From positions 2,308-66,307 of the forward strand of contig CBDEFI010000003.1 in the NCBI GenBank assembly GCA_965237375.1: 64,000 bases of DNA. Reading direction: 5' to 3'. Of this stretch, positions 38,697-46,284 are shown piece after piece; positions within the stretch are counted from its first letter, which is position 1; each line of letters opens with the position of its first letter. Under the pieces are notes generated by a model that was not told the origin of the DNA, searched no databases, and saw only the letters and a list, made by a program, of their open reading frames with translations. The stretch is from Acidimicrobiales bacterium (GTDB taxonomy: Bacteria; Actinomycetota; Acidimicrobiia; Acidimicrobiales; CATQHL01). A program made the translations under genes and the position numbers.

Positions 38697-38702
38697 TACA
38701 TT
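38697..38702 (+). promoter_or_regulatory. Extended -10 (TGC TACATT) placed for a leaderless antitoxin mRNA
   Basis: TGTGCTACATT followed by 6 nt, then ATG 38709. Confidence 0.4.
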
Positions 38703-38708
38703 TGTCGC

Positions 38709-38963
38709 ATGAGCGAGGTTGCCTCTCGGGAGCTACGAAATCACACCCGCGAGCTGCTGGATCGCGTGGCTGCAGGCGAGCGCATCACCATCACCGTTCG
38801 AGGCCGCCCGGTCGCCGAGTTGACGCCGATTGCGCAGCGCCAGCGGTGGATGCGCCGCGACCGGTTTGCCCGCGAGGTCCTCTCCCATCAGGCTGACGCC
38901 GGCTTGGCCGACGATCTGGCGTCGCTGTCCGACGAGACAACCGACGACCTCCCGTGGCCCTGA
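38709..38963 (+). CDS. Type II antitoxin, Phd/YefM family
   Basis: MSEVASRELRNHTRELLDRVAAGERITITVRGRPVAELTPI. Confidence 0.85.
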   Translation: MSEVASRELRNHTRELLDRVAAGERITITVRGRPVAELTPIAQRQRWMRRDRFAREVLSHQADAGLADDLASLSDETTDDLPWP

Positions 38964-39346
38964 GCCGGGGACTCGCCGACACGTCGGTCTTCATCGCTCG
39001 GGAGACCGGACGCCCGATTCGACAGCAGTCCATCCCGGACGAGATGGCTGTCTCGGTGATCACCATCGGCGAGTTGCGCGCCGGTGTGCTCGCTGCAACC
39101 GACACCGCGACCCGTGATCGGCGGCTCTCCACCCTTGCCGCAGCGCTGGCACTTCGGCCCGTGCCGATCGACGACGCGGTCGCCGCGTCGTGGGCCAGGC
39201 TCCGCCTGATGCTGCGCGACCACGGACTCCGGATGCCGGTCAACGATTCGTGGATCGCCGCAACCGCTATGTCACTCGACATCGCCGTTGTAACCCAGGA
39301 CGACGACTTCCCGTCGCTGGACCCGCTCGACGTGATCCGAGTGTGA
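38954..39346 (+). CDS. vapC: Type II toxin, PIN-domain ribonuclease (VapC)
   Basis: LADTSVFIA N-terminus, IGELRAGV, and C-terminal ND.WIAATA..VVTQDDDF. Confidence 0.85.
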   Translation: MALSRGLADTSVFIARETGRPIRQQSIPDEMAVSVITIGELRAGVLAATDTATRDRRLSTLAAALALRPVPIDDAVAASWARLRLMLRDHGLRMPVNDSWIAATAMSLDIAVVTQDDDFPSLDPLDVIRV

Positions 39347-39429
39347 ATCCAACGCGACCTCGCCGGCAGTGAGGCCACCACGCCGCGCCGATGCGGTTCC
39401 GTCGGCCGGCCTGGGACGGGTGACGTGGC

Positions 39430-39777
39430 TTAGATGGCCAGGTGGAGTCGGAGAGCGTCGTCGAGTTGCGCCATGAGATCAACCGGAACGAGACCGATCA
39501 GGTTGCCGACCCGTTCGACGGCTATCGATCGGACCTGTTCGGCCTGCGCTTTGGAGTCCCGGTCGAGTCCTGTTTCGGCGGCATCCAGCAGCACTTGGAA
39601 CGGGTAGACCCGTTTCGTGTTCGAGGTGATGGGGACAACCGTGACGATTCCGCGTCCGAGCCGTGCCGCGGTCGTGTTGGCGCCGTCGTTGCTGACGATC
39701 ACGGCCGGGCGGGTTCGGGTTGCCTCGGCACCGACGAGGTGACCGAGGTTGACGATACGGATCTCCCCGCGCCGCAT
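39430..39777 (-). CDS. mazF: Type II toxin, MazF/PemK-family endoribonuclease
   Basis: MRRGEIRIVNL...TRPAVIVSND...VVPITSN. The ATG shares one nt with the upstream TGA (TGATG). Confidence 0.85.
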   Translation of the reverse strand: MRRGEIRIVNLGHLVGAEATRTRPAVIVSNDGANTTAARLGRGIVTVVPITSNTKRVYPFQVLLDAAETGLDRDSKAQAEQVRSIAVERVGNLIGLVPVDLMAQLDDALRLHLAI

Positions 39778-40001
39778 CAGGTTTGAGCGAGCCCGTCGGC
39801 CAGGGCCGCATCCCACACCTCGTCCTCGCCATGGTCGGCCCACTCGTCGAAGGCAGCCGCGTAGTCCGACGACAGTTCGGACGCCCGGAGGAACCCGATC
39901 GCCCGGTGCACAGCAGCCGACCGAGATGCGATCCGGTGAACACGCGCATAGCTGTCGAGAAACTCGACATCTTCAGCAGGCAGGCTGATACTGAGCTTCA
40001 T
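39777..40001 (-). CDS. Ribbon-helix-helix antitoxin (MazE/CopG-like)
   Basis: MKLSISLPAEDVEFLDSYARVH. ATG 40001 preferred over 40007 because TAGTAT lies 7 nt upstream (leaderless geometry). Confidence 0.75.
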   Translation of the reverse strand: MKLSISLPAEDVEFLDSYARVHRIASRSAAVHRAIGFLRASELSSDYAAAFDEWADHGEDEVWDAALADGLAQT

Positions 40002-40008
40002 ACCCATA

Positions 40009-40014
40009 ATACTA
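40009..40014 (-). promoter_or_regulatory. -10 hexamer TAGTAT placed for a leaderless mazE-like mRNA
   Basis: Minus strand reads TAGTAT tatgggt ATG. Confidence 0.35.
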
Positions 40015-40135
40015 CCAGAGTAGGAACCCGGTCGGGTCGGCGGGCGCAACGCCTCACGAAACGAACCCGCATCGAGTTGCGAACAGCGATCTCCGCATCC
40101 AGCGGCAGTTTCAACTCCTCGTTCGCTGAGCTTGG

Positions 40136-40510
40136 TTACGGCCAGTGGTGGATAGTGGGAGCTGTCGGGCCAAGCGGAGCGCCGAGGATGGCCAGGTCGT
40201 CGGAGTCGCCGGTCAGGATGTCGTCTCCGAGGCGGAGGGCCACGACCACGAGGTGGGCACCGACGACATCTGATGTACCGGAGAGCGCCAAGAGTGAGCC
40301 GACCGATGGGCCGTCGTCGAAGGCGTGCACGGTCAGCGTCTGCAGGAACGCCGCCAGTCGGGCCTGCCGGGCTCCGTCCCGCCATACCTGTGCAACAACA
40401 GGGTGGGTGGTGCCAAGCGGCGTCTCGGAGCGGGCCGCAGCAGTAAGGAAGGAACGTGCGGCGTCCTCGCCGCGGTCGACGGAAATCAGGAAGCCCGCAT
40501 CGAGGATCAC
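40136..40510 (-). CDS. vapC: Type II toxin, PIN-domain ribonuclease (VapC)
   Basis: VILDAGFLISVDRGE N-terminus and C-terminal ILTGDSDDL. GTG 40510 overlaps the antitoxin TGA as GTGA. Confidence 0.8.
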   Translation of the reverse strand: MILDAGFLISVDRGEDAARSFLTAAARSETPLGTTHPVVAQVWRDGARQARLAAFLQTLTVHAFDDGPSVGSLLALSGTSDVVGAHLVVVALRLGDDILTGDSDDLAILGAPLGPTAPTIHHWP

Positions 40511-40734
40511 AGTCCGTAGCGTTCGGCCATTGCAGCGACAGCGTCCTCGTCGACAGGGCCCGCTTCGGAGTTCCAAGCCTCGACAAACGAGCTAAGGGCA
40601 TCGCGTCGCTCCCGGTCGGCGGCAAGGAACCGGAGCGCCTGACGGATGGCGCTCGATCTGCCGCCGAACTCCGGTGCGAGTCTGTCGAGAAGCTGTTCGT
40701 CCTCGTCGTCGAGACGGACTGTCGTCGTAGTCAT
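40507..40734 (-). CDS. Ribbon-helix-helix antitoxin (VapB/CopG-like)
   Basis: MTTTTVRLDDEDEQLLDRLAPEFGGRSSAIRQALRFL. Confidence 0.8.
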   Translation of the reverse strand: MTTTTVRLDDEDEQLLDRLAPEFGGRSSAIRQALRFLAADRERRDALSSFVEAWNSEAGPVDEDAVAAMAERYGL

Positions 40735-40740
40735 AGCCAG

Positions 40741-40746
40741 AATGTA
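40741..40746 (-). promoter_or_regulatory. Extended -10 (TGC TACATT) placed for a leaderless antitoxin mRNA, overlapping a perfect palindrome
   Basis: Minus strand reads TGTGCTACATT ctggct ATG. Palindrome GTAGCAC-N4-GTGCTAC at 40744-40761. Confidence 0.4.
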
Positions 40747-40767
40747 GCACACTCGTGCTACAGCACG

Positions 40768-41054
40768 ATGGGCGGCATCCCGGTGCGCGATCTCGGCTAC
40801 CGGTGGGGCTCGGCCCGCCCTCCGACGGCGCACAGCGCATCAACGTCCACTGGGCCACGCTGCAACTCCCACCGAGCCTCATCGACTACGTCCTCGTCCA
40901 CGAACTCGCCCACCTCCGCGAAACCAACCACACCGCCGAGTTCTGGTCCACCGTCAGCCGCCTCATGCCCGGCTACGAGCTACAAAGGACCAACCTCGCC
41001 GCCATAGGCAAGAACATCTGGCTCGGCACCGTCGCCGAGGGCGTCGAAAGGTAG
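40768..41054 (+). pseudogene. 5'-truncated, frameshifted DUF45 (YgjP/SprT-like zinc metallopeptidase) relic
   Basis: One frame reads GIPVRDLGYRWGSA. A second frame reads INVHWATLQLPPSLIDYVLVHELAHLRETNHTAEFW (HExxH). The first ~100 codons of the family are absent. Confidence 0.65.
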
Positions 41055-41160
41055 ACGCTGCAGCCGTGGGAGAGCTACTGAGTTGCCCCCCGTGCAGGGC
41101 GGATTCCGTTGTACGACAAAGTAGACACAAAGAGCTAGTGAAATAGAAATGGATTGTAGC

Positions 41161-41212
41161 CAGAATAGAACTAGATAGCAGTCAGAATAGAAGAATCACT
41201 GCTACAATCTAG
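41161..41212 (+). promoter_or_regulatory. AT-rich repeat/palindrome block with a TGC TACAAT extended -10 upstream of the DUF4143 ATPase
   Basis: CAGAATAGAA occurs twice (41161, 41183). Inverted repeat CTAGATAGCAGT / ACTGCTACAATCTAG. TACAAT at 41203-41208. Confidence 0.4.
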
Positions 41213-41251
41213 AACCATCGCTTGCGGAACAAGGCGGCACAGGATTCCGAC

Positions 41252-42421
41252 ATGATGCACGAACGGCGGATCGCTGCGGTCGCCGAATCGCCGGCGCTGC
41301 TGCACGCCCGCCTCGCCGCCTATCCCGCCGTGGCGCTCGTGGGACCGCGCCAATGCGGCAAGACGACGCTGGCGCGCTCGCTGGGCGGCCGCTACTACGA
41401 CCTCGAGCAGGAAACCGATCGGCTGAGGCTCGACATCGAATGGGACGAGGTCGCCGCGTCGGACTCGCTGGTAATTCTCGATGAGATCCAGGCGTCGCCT
41501 GAGACGTTCGCGCGCCTGCGCGGGACAATCGACGCCGACCGACGCCGCAACGGGCGCTTCCTGCTGCTGGGCTCGGTGGCACCGGCATTGATGATGAGAG
41601 CCTCGGAGTCGCTGGCGGGACGGCTGAGCGTCGTCGAACTGACGCCGCTGTCGCTCGCCGAACTCGACGCCAACGGCCTGGACCGGCTGTGGCTCTGCGG
41701 GGGTTATCCCGACGGAGGCGTCCTCGGCGCCGGCGGCTTCCCCGGCTGGCAGCACGACTACCTCAACCTGCTCGCACAGCGCGACCTCCCCTCATGGGGT
41801 CTGCCCACCCGGCCGCCGACCACCCAACAGCTGTTCCGACTGCTGGCCGCGACCCACGGACAGCAATGGAACGCCAGCGAATTGGGCAGGAGCCTCGGGC
41901 TGTCGTACCACACCGTGAACGACTACCTCGACTACCTCGAGCAAGCGTTCCTGGTGCGGCGACTACTCGCGTACCACGCCAACATCCGCAAACGGCTCGT
42001 CAAGCGGCCGAAGGTGTACTGGCGCGACAGCGGCCTGCTGCACTCGCTGATGGGCGTCGACAACTTCGACGAACTGCTGCGCCAGCCCTGGGTGGGGGCA
42101 AGCTGGGAGGGGCACGTCATCGATCAGATCCTCACCGCGCTGCAACAGGCGGGACGCCGCTTCGAGGCCTGGCACATGCGCACGGCAGACGGCCGGGAGA
42201 TCGACCTGGTGCTCAAGGTGGGATCGGAGTTGTGGGCGGTGGAGGTGAAGTTGACTACCCGACCCGGGCCCGCCGACATGGCGCGCCTCGACGAGAGCGC
42301 GGACCTCATCGGGTCCGACCGGCGGTTCCTGATCACCCGCCGGCCGGGGTTGACCCGGAGCGGAACGCGGGCCATGAGCGATCTCGCCGGCATGGTCGGG
42401 ATGGCGGCCCGAGAGGCGTGA
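41252..42421 (+). CDS. AAA+ ATPase with DUF4143 domain (COG1373 family), second copy
   Basis: Walker A GPRQCGKTT, Walker B VILDEIQ, and a C-terminal EIDLVLK..AVEVK region. Confidence 0.85.
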   Translation: MMHERRIAAVAESPALLHARLAAYPAVALVGPRQCGKTTLARSLGGRYYDLEQETDRLRLDIEWDEVAASDSLVILDEIQASPETFARLRGTIDADRRRNGRFLLLGSVAPALMMRASESLAGRLSVVELTPLSLAELDANGLDRLWLCGGYPDGGVLGAGGFPGWQHDYLNLLAQRDLPSWGLPTRPPTTQQLFRLLAATHGQQWNASELGRSLGLSYHTVNDYLDYLEQAFLVRRLLAYHANIRKRLVKRPKVYWRDSGLLHSLMGVDNFDELLRQPWVGASWEGHVIDQILTALQQAGRRFEAWHMRTADGREIDLVLKVGSELWAVEVKLTTRPGPADMARLDESADLIGSDRRFLITRRPGLTRSGTRAMSDLAGMVGMAAREA

Positions 42422-42505
42422 CTCGTGGCGAAGGCCCCGCGACTCGCGGGGTCATGAGTCAGGCTGGGGATCTGGCTGGCTTTACGTGCCGGTAGGGTCG
42501 CCCGC

Positions 42506-43435
42506 ATGAGCGAAGCACTCGCACCCACGCCCGACAAGGGTGGAGAGCACGCACATCCCGGCATCGTCTCCGTGGAGACGCGCCCGGCCAAGACGCTGCC
42601 GGGGCTGGTCGGCGTCTTCCTGGCGCTGGTCGGGTTGGGGCTGATCGTCGGCGGCGGTGTCGGTGCGACCGTGGCGAGGCCCTTGGCCGTGCTGATCCCG
42701 GTGGGCGCGATCCTGTTCATCATCGTGTGGCCGGGGCAGTACGTGGTGCAGCCCAACCAGGCGCTGGTGCTCATCATGTTCGGCCGCTACCGGGGCACCG
42801 TCACGAAGGCGGGCTGGTACCTGGTCAACCCGTTCACCCGAAGCGAGTCGCGCAAGGTGTCGCTGCGGGTGCACAACTTCATCACCAGCGTGTCGAAGGT
42901 GAACGACGCCGAGGGCAACCCCATCGAGATCTCCGCCGTGGTGGTGTGGCGAGTCGTCGACACGGCCCGTGCCATCTTCGACGTGGACGACTTCGAGGAC
43001 TTCGTGTACGTGCAGAGCGAGACCGCCATCCGCCACCTCGGCACGCGGTACCCCTACGACGACTTCGACGGCGACAGGGTGTCGCTGCGCGCCGACCCCG
43101 ACACGGTGGCGGCCACGCTGCACACCGAGGTGCAGGCCCGGCTCGACCGGGCCGGCGTCGAGGTGATCGAGACCCGGCTCAACCATCTGGCCTACGCCAC
43201 CGAGATCGCCGAGGCGATGCTGCGCCGCCAGCAGGCCGCCGCGGTGGTGGCCGCCCGCCGCACGATCGTCGAGGGCGCCGTGGGCATGGTGGAGGACGCC
43301 CTGGAGCTGCTGGCGGAGCGGTCCGTCGTGGAACTCGACCAGGACGCCAAGGCGTCGCTGGTGGCCAACCTGCTCGTCGTGCTCACCAGCGAGCAGCCCA
43401 CAACGCCGGTCGTCAACACCGGCTCGTCGAGTTAG
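42506..43435 (+). CDS. SPFH/Band-7 domain membrane protein
   Basis: N-terminal TM helix followed by [18 protein letters not shown]...AVVVWRV. Confidence 0.8.
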   Translation: MSEALAPTPDKGGEHAHPGIVSVETRPAKTLPGLVGVFLALVGLGLIVGGGVGATVARPLAVLIPVGAILFIIVWPGQYVVQPNQALVLIMFGRYRGTVTKAGWYLVNPFTRSESRKVSLRVHNFITSVSKVNDAEGNPIEISAVVVWRVVDTARAIFDVDDFEDFVYVQSETAIRHLGTRYPYDDFDGDRVSLRADPDTVAATLHTEVQARLDRAGVEVIETRLNHLAYATEIAEAMLRRQQAAAVVAARRTIVEGAVGMVEDALELLAERSVVELDQDAKASLVANLLVVLTSEQPTTPVVNTGSSS

Positions 43436-43473
43436 CTGGTAGCCGAGGGCACGATCAACCGTGCCGACCGCAT

Positions 43474-43509
43474 CGCTGGTCAGTGGATTCCGGCTCCTGC
43501 CGGAATGAC
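43474..43509 (-). repeat. MITE/REP-like hairpin repeat, copy D (core only, inverted orientation)
   Basis: Reverse complement reads GTCATTCCGGCAGGAGCCGGAATCCACTGACCAGCG. Confidence 0.8.
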
Positions 43510-43544
43510 GAGAATGGCGCCGCGCTGAGCCCGGGAGGTGCACC

Positions 43545-44327
43545 TTGTCCGATGACTACTCGCCGATAGAACTCGACGTCGTCGTTCCAGGTCGACCGGA
43601 GGAGGTCTGGCGGGCCGTGGCGACGGGGCCGGGTATCTCGTCGTGGTACGTGCCGCACACGGTGGAGGAGCGTGCGGGGGGCGCTGCCACGGCGTCGTTC
43701 GGGTCGGGGCCGGAGATGCAGATCACCGGTCGGGTGGCGGTCTGGGAGCCGCCTCACCGGGTGGTCTTCGACGGCGGCGAGGGTGTCGACGGGATGGCGT
43801 TCGAGTGGACGGTCGAGGCCTGCGGCGACGACCGGTGCGTTGTGCGGCTCGTCAACACCGGCTTCGGCACGGGCCCCGAGCACGACGCTCAATATGACGG
43901 CATGACCGAGGGCTGGCGCCTGTTCATGTGCAACCTCCGCCTGCATCTGCAGCACTTCGCCGGGGGGACCGCCACTGCCGCCCTCCCCATGGCGATGTGG
44001 GCCGGGCCGCGGCAGGCGGCCTGGGCGGCACTAACCGACGCCCTTGGCATCCCGCCCGCCCCAGCCGTCGGCGACCGGATCGAGGTCACGACGCAAGATG
44101 TGCCCGCTCTGGCCGGCACCGTCGCCGATGTGACCCCGCGGTGGGTCGCTCTCGTGCTTTACCGGCCGGCGCCCGGCACGGCCTTCCTGGCCGTCGAGGG
44201 TGACGGCGAGCACGTCACCGTTTCGATCTGGTCGTACCTCTACGGAACCGACGGCGCCACCGCCGCCGAGCGGGACGAACCCCGCTGGCAGAAATGGCTC
44301 ACTGAGCACGCCCCCACGGCAGGCTGA
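43545..44327 (+). CDS. SRPBCC-superfamily (AHSA1/START-like) protein
   Basis: PEEVWRAVATGPGISSWY N-terminus. TTG start with GGGAGG upstream. Confidence 0.65.
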   Translation: MSDDYSPIELDVVVPGRPEEVWRAVATGPGISSWYVPHTVEERAGGAATASFGSGPEMQITGRVAVWEPPHRVVFDGGEGVDGMAFEWTVEACGDDRCVVRLVNTGFGTGPEHDAQYDGMTEGWRLFMCNLRLHLQHFAGGTATAALPMAMWAGPRQAAWAALTDALGIPPAPAVGDRIEVTTQDVPALAGTVADVTPRWVALVLYRPAPGTAFLAVEGDGEHVTVSIWSYLYGTDGATAAERDEPRWQKWLTEHAPTAG

Positions 44328-44381
44328 CGGTCAACCCAACCCCCAGGACCAACGCCCTTGCCCGGGTCGCCCGTCGTGACG

Positions 44382-44900
44382 TCAGTCTCGGAGCAGTCTG
44401 CGGATGTCCTTCACCATCAGCACGAGGTGGAGCCTGTCGGTGGGTGATGGCTCGAACTCGGGGACCAGGTGGAGGTAGAAGCCGCGGGCGTCGTCCGTCT
44501 CGGCGTGGACCAGAAGGCCGCGGCACCCAATCTCGTGTCCCGCTTGGGCGGTTCGGCGAATCACGTCGCGGAGTAGTCCGGCACCGAGTCCACGGCCCTC
44601 GTGGCGAACCGACACGCCGAGGCGGGCAAGCAGGGCGACGGGTTGGGGGTATCGGCCCGCCCCTCTGCGCAGGCGCACGGGCGCGTCCGCTATGGCGATA
44701 CCGGCCATGCACCAGGCGTAGTAGGCGACCACCTCGGAACTGTCCGGCGCCGTGACCACGAGCACCTTGCTCGTGCCTGTCGCATCCGCCTGCCGGGCGT
44801 GGCGGCGAAGCCACTCGGTTTGCGTGTCGGAGCGGCACTCGAAGTCGTCGAGGTGGTCGCCGGGCGCGAGCAGGCGCGGCGGCCGGTACCGAATCGTCAC
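44382..44900 (-). CDS. GNAT acetyltransferase toxin (TacT/KacT-like)
   Basis: LDDFECRSDTQTEWLRRHA...LARLGVSVRHEGRGLGAGLL. GTG 44900 overlaps the antitoxin TGA as GTGA. Confidence 0.8.
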   Translation of the reverse strand: MTIRYRPPRLLAPGDHLDDFECRSDTQTEWLRRHARQADATGTSKVLVVTAPDSSEVVAYYAWCMAGIAIADAPVRLRRGAGRYPQPVALLARLGVSVRHEGRGLGAGLLRDVIRRTAQAGHEIGCRGLLVHAETDDARGFYLHLVPEFEPSPTDRLHLVLMVKDIRRLLRD

Positions 44901-45184
44901 TCGTCGGTGAACGGCGATGAGCGGGCCATGAGTTCGCGCAGCCCGTGCAGGTCGCGGGCGGGACGCCTGTTCAGATCCTCCCACGCCTTCTGAGCCTCGG
45001 TGTCGAGAACGAACTCTGTGCGATCGGCCAGCACCTGCTGCGCCGCCACCCGGAGGTTGGACACCACGAACTCGGTGAGGCCCGTCCCGCACGCTGCAAC
45101 CGCCTCGTCGATGAGCCTCCGGTCCTCCGGGGTGGTTCGAACCTCGAGGCGTGCGCTGCGCGCCCGGCCTGCGCTCTCAGCCAC
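44897..45184 (-). CDS. DUF1778 (TacA-like) RHH antitoxin
   Basis: ARLEVRTTPEDRRLIDEAVAACGTGLTEFVV. GTG 45184 with GGAGGA 7 nt upstream. Confidence 0.8.
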   Translation of the reverse strand: MAESAGRARSARLEVRTTPEDRRLIDEAVAACGTGLTEFVVSNLRVAAQQVLADRTEFVLDTEAQKAWEDLNRRPARDLHGLRELMARSSPFTDE

Positions 45185-45304
45185 GGTGCATTCCTCCGCT
45201 TCCCGCCGTTTTGTACGGCCATCATACGGCCACTTGGACCCGCGCCACACACCACCGGCGCAGCGGTCGCTGTCCCCGATGGCGTCCCGGACTCCGGGAG
45301 AGTG

Positions 45305-45414
45305 CCGAGTAATCCGCCCGCAGCACGGCTCGGACCGCTGGGCAGTGGATCCCGGCTTTCGCCGGGATGACACTCATAGGAGCATCGGAAGAGGTGGACT
45401 GCGGAGTTACTCGG
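45305..45414 (-). repeat. MITE/REP-like repeat, copy E (full unit with the 15-bp ACTCATAGGAGCATC insert), an unoccupied IS110 target
   Basis: Ends CCGAGTAATCC ... GGAGTTACTCGG. Core CAGTGGATCCCGGCTTTCGCCGGGATGAC. Followed by ACTCATAGGAGCATCGG. Confidence 0.8.
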
Positions 45415-45512
45415 TGGGCTCCTAGGCTGCGAAGATCAACGCACTGACCTCGCCGAAGGCGCCGGCCGGGACTGCTCCACGTGCCGCTGCTGAGCGCCGA
45501 TTCAGCCAGTCG

Positions 45513-45773
45513 ATGGTGGTCTCGGGCACCCGCTGCCTGCTGAGCTACATCGTGTTGCCGTACCTACTGCCGGTGCTGGGGTGGGCCGACCTGGTGGGAC
45601 CTGCGCTCGGCCTGGCCATCGGTGTCGTGGCGATCGGGTTCAACGTGCTAAGCATCCGCCGGTTGCGGCAGGCGGACCACCGGCTGAAATGGCCGGTCGG
45701 TGCAATCAACGCAGCAGTGATCGTCCTCATGGCCTACCTGGCGGCCGGTGACATCATCGAACTCGCCGGCTGA
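45513..45773 (+). CDS. Small membrane protein (3 helices), hypothetical
   Basis: Track ORF of 86 aa, strongly hydrophobic with high GC3. Confidence 0.5.
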   Translation: MVVSGTRCLLSYIVLPYLLPVLGWADLVGPALGLAIGVVAIGFNVLSIRRLRQADHRLKWPVGAINAAVIVLMAYLAAGDIIELAG

Positions 45774-46203
45774 ACCGCCCGGCGACCTCGACGCAGGCGG
45801 CCTACCGGCGCCGGCCCGCAGCAGGCTGCTGCGTGGCGTCTGGATCGTCGCCGGACTGCTACTCGTGGGCATCGGCGCGGTGGGCGTCGTGGTGCCGGGC
45901 CTGCCGTCGATGATCTTCTTCATCCTCGCCGCGGGCGCCTTCTCCCGATCCAGCGCCCGCCTGGAGCGATGGTTGCTGAACCTTCCCGTGGTCGGGAAGC
46001 TGGTGGCCGACTACCGGGCCGGATTGGGGATGCCCCGCCGGGCCAAGATCACCGCCTGCGCCATGATCGTGACCGCGGTGGGCGTGAGTACAGGGCTCCT
46101 GCTGAGCACCTGGTCAATCCGGGCGGTGGTCCTGGCAGCGGGCGCCGTCGGCTTCGCGTACGTCACCTGGCGAGTCCCCACCCGTCAGGAACCTGCGGGC
46201 TAG
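45748..46203 (+). CDS. DUF454 (YbaN-like) inner membrane protein
   Basis: VPGLPSMIFFILAAGAFSRSSARLERWLL is characteristic of the family. Confidence 0.75.
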   Translation: MTSSNSPAEPPGDLDAGGLPAPARSRLLRGVWIVAGLLLVGIGAVGVVVPGLPSMIFFILAAGAFSRSSARLERWLLNLPVVGKLVADYRAGLGMPRRAKITACAMIVTAVGVSTGLLLSTWSIRAVVLAAGAVGFAYVTWRVPTRQEPAG

Positions 46204-46207
46204 GAGG

Positions 46208-46284
46208 CTGCTGAGTACTTCATCCGCGCCGCAGGTCGGGCCGCTGGGAAGTGGATTCCGGCCTTCGCCGGGATGACACTCATA
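46208..46284 (-). repeat. MITE/REP-like repeat, copy F, left part (interrupted by IS110)
   Basis: CTGCTGAGTAC...AAGTGGATTCCGGCCTTCGCCGGGATGACACTCATA, then the IS begins. Confidence 0.8.
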
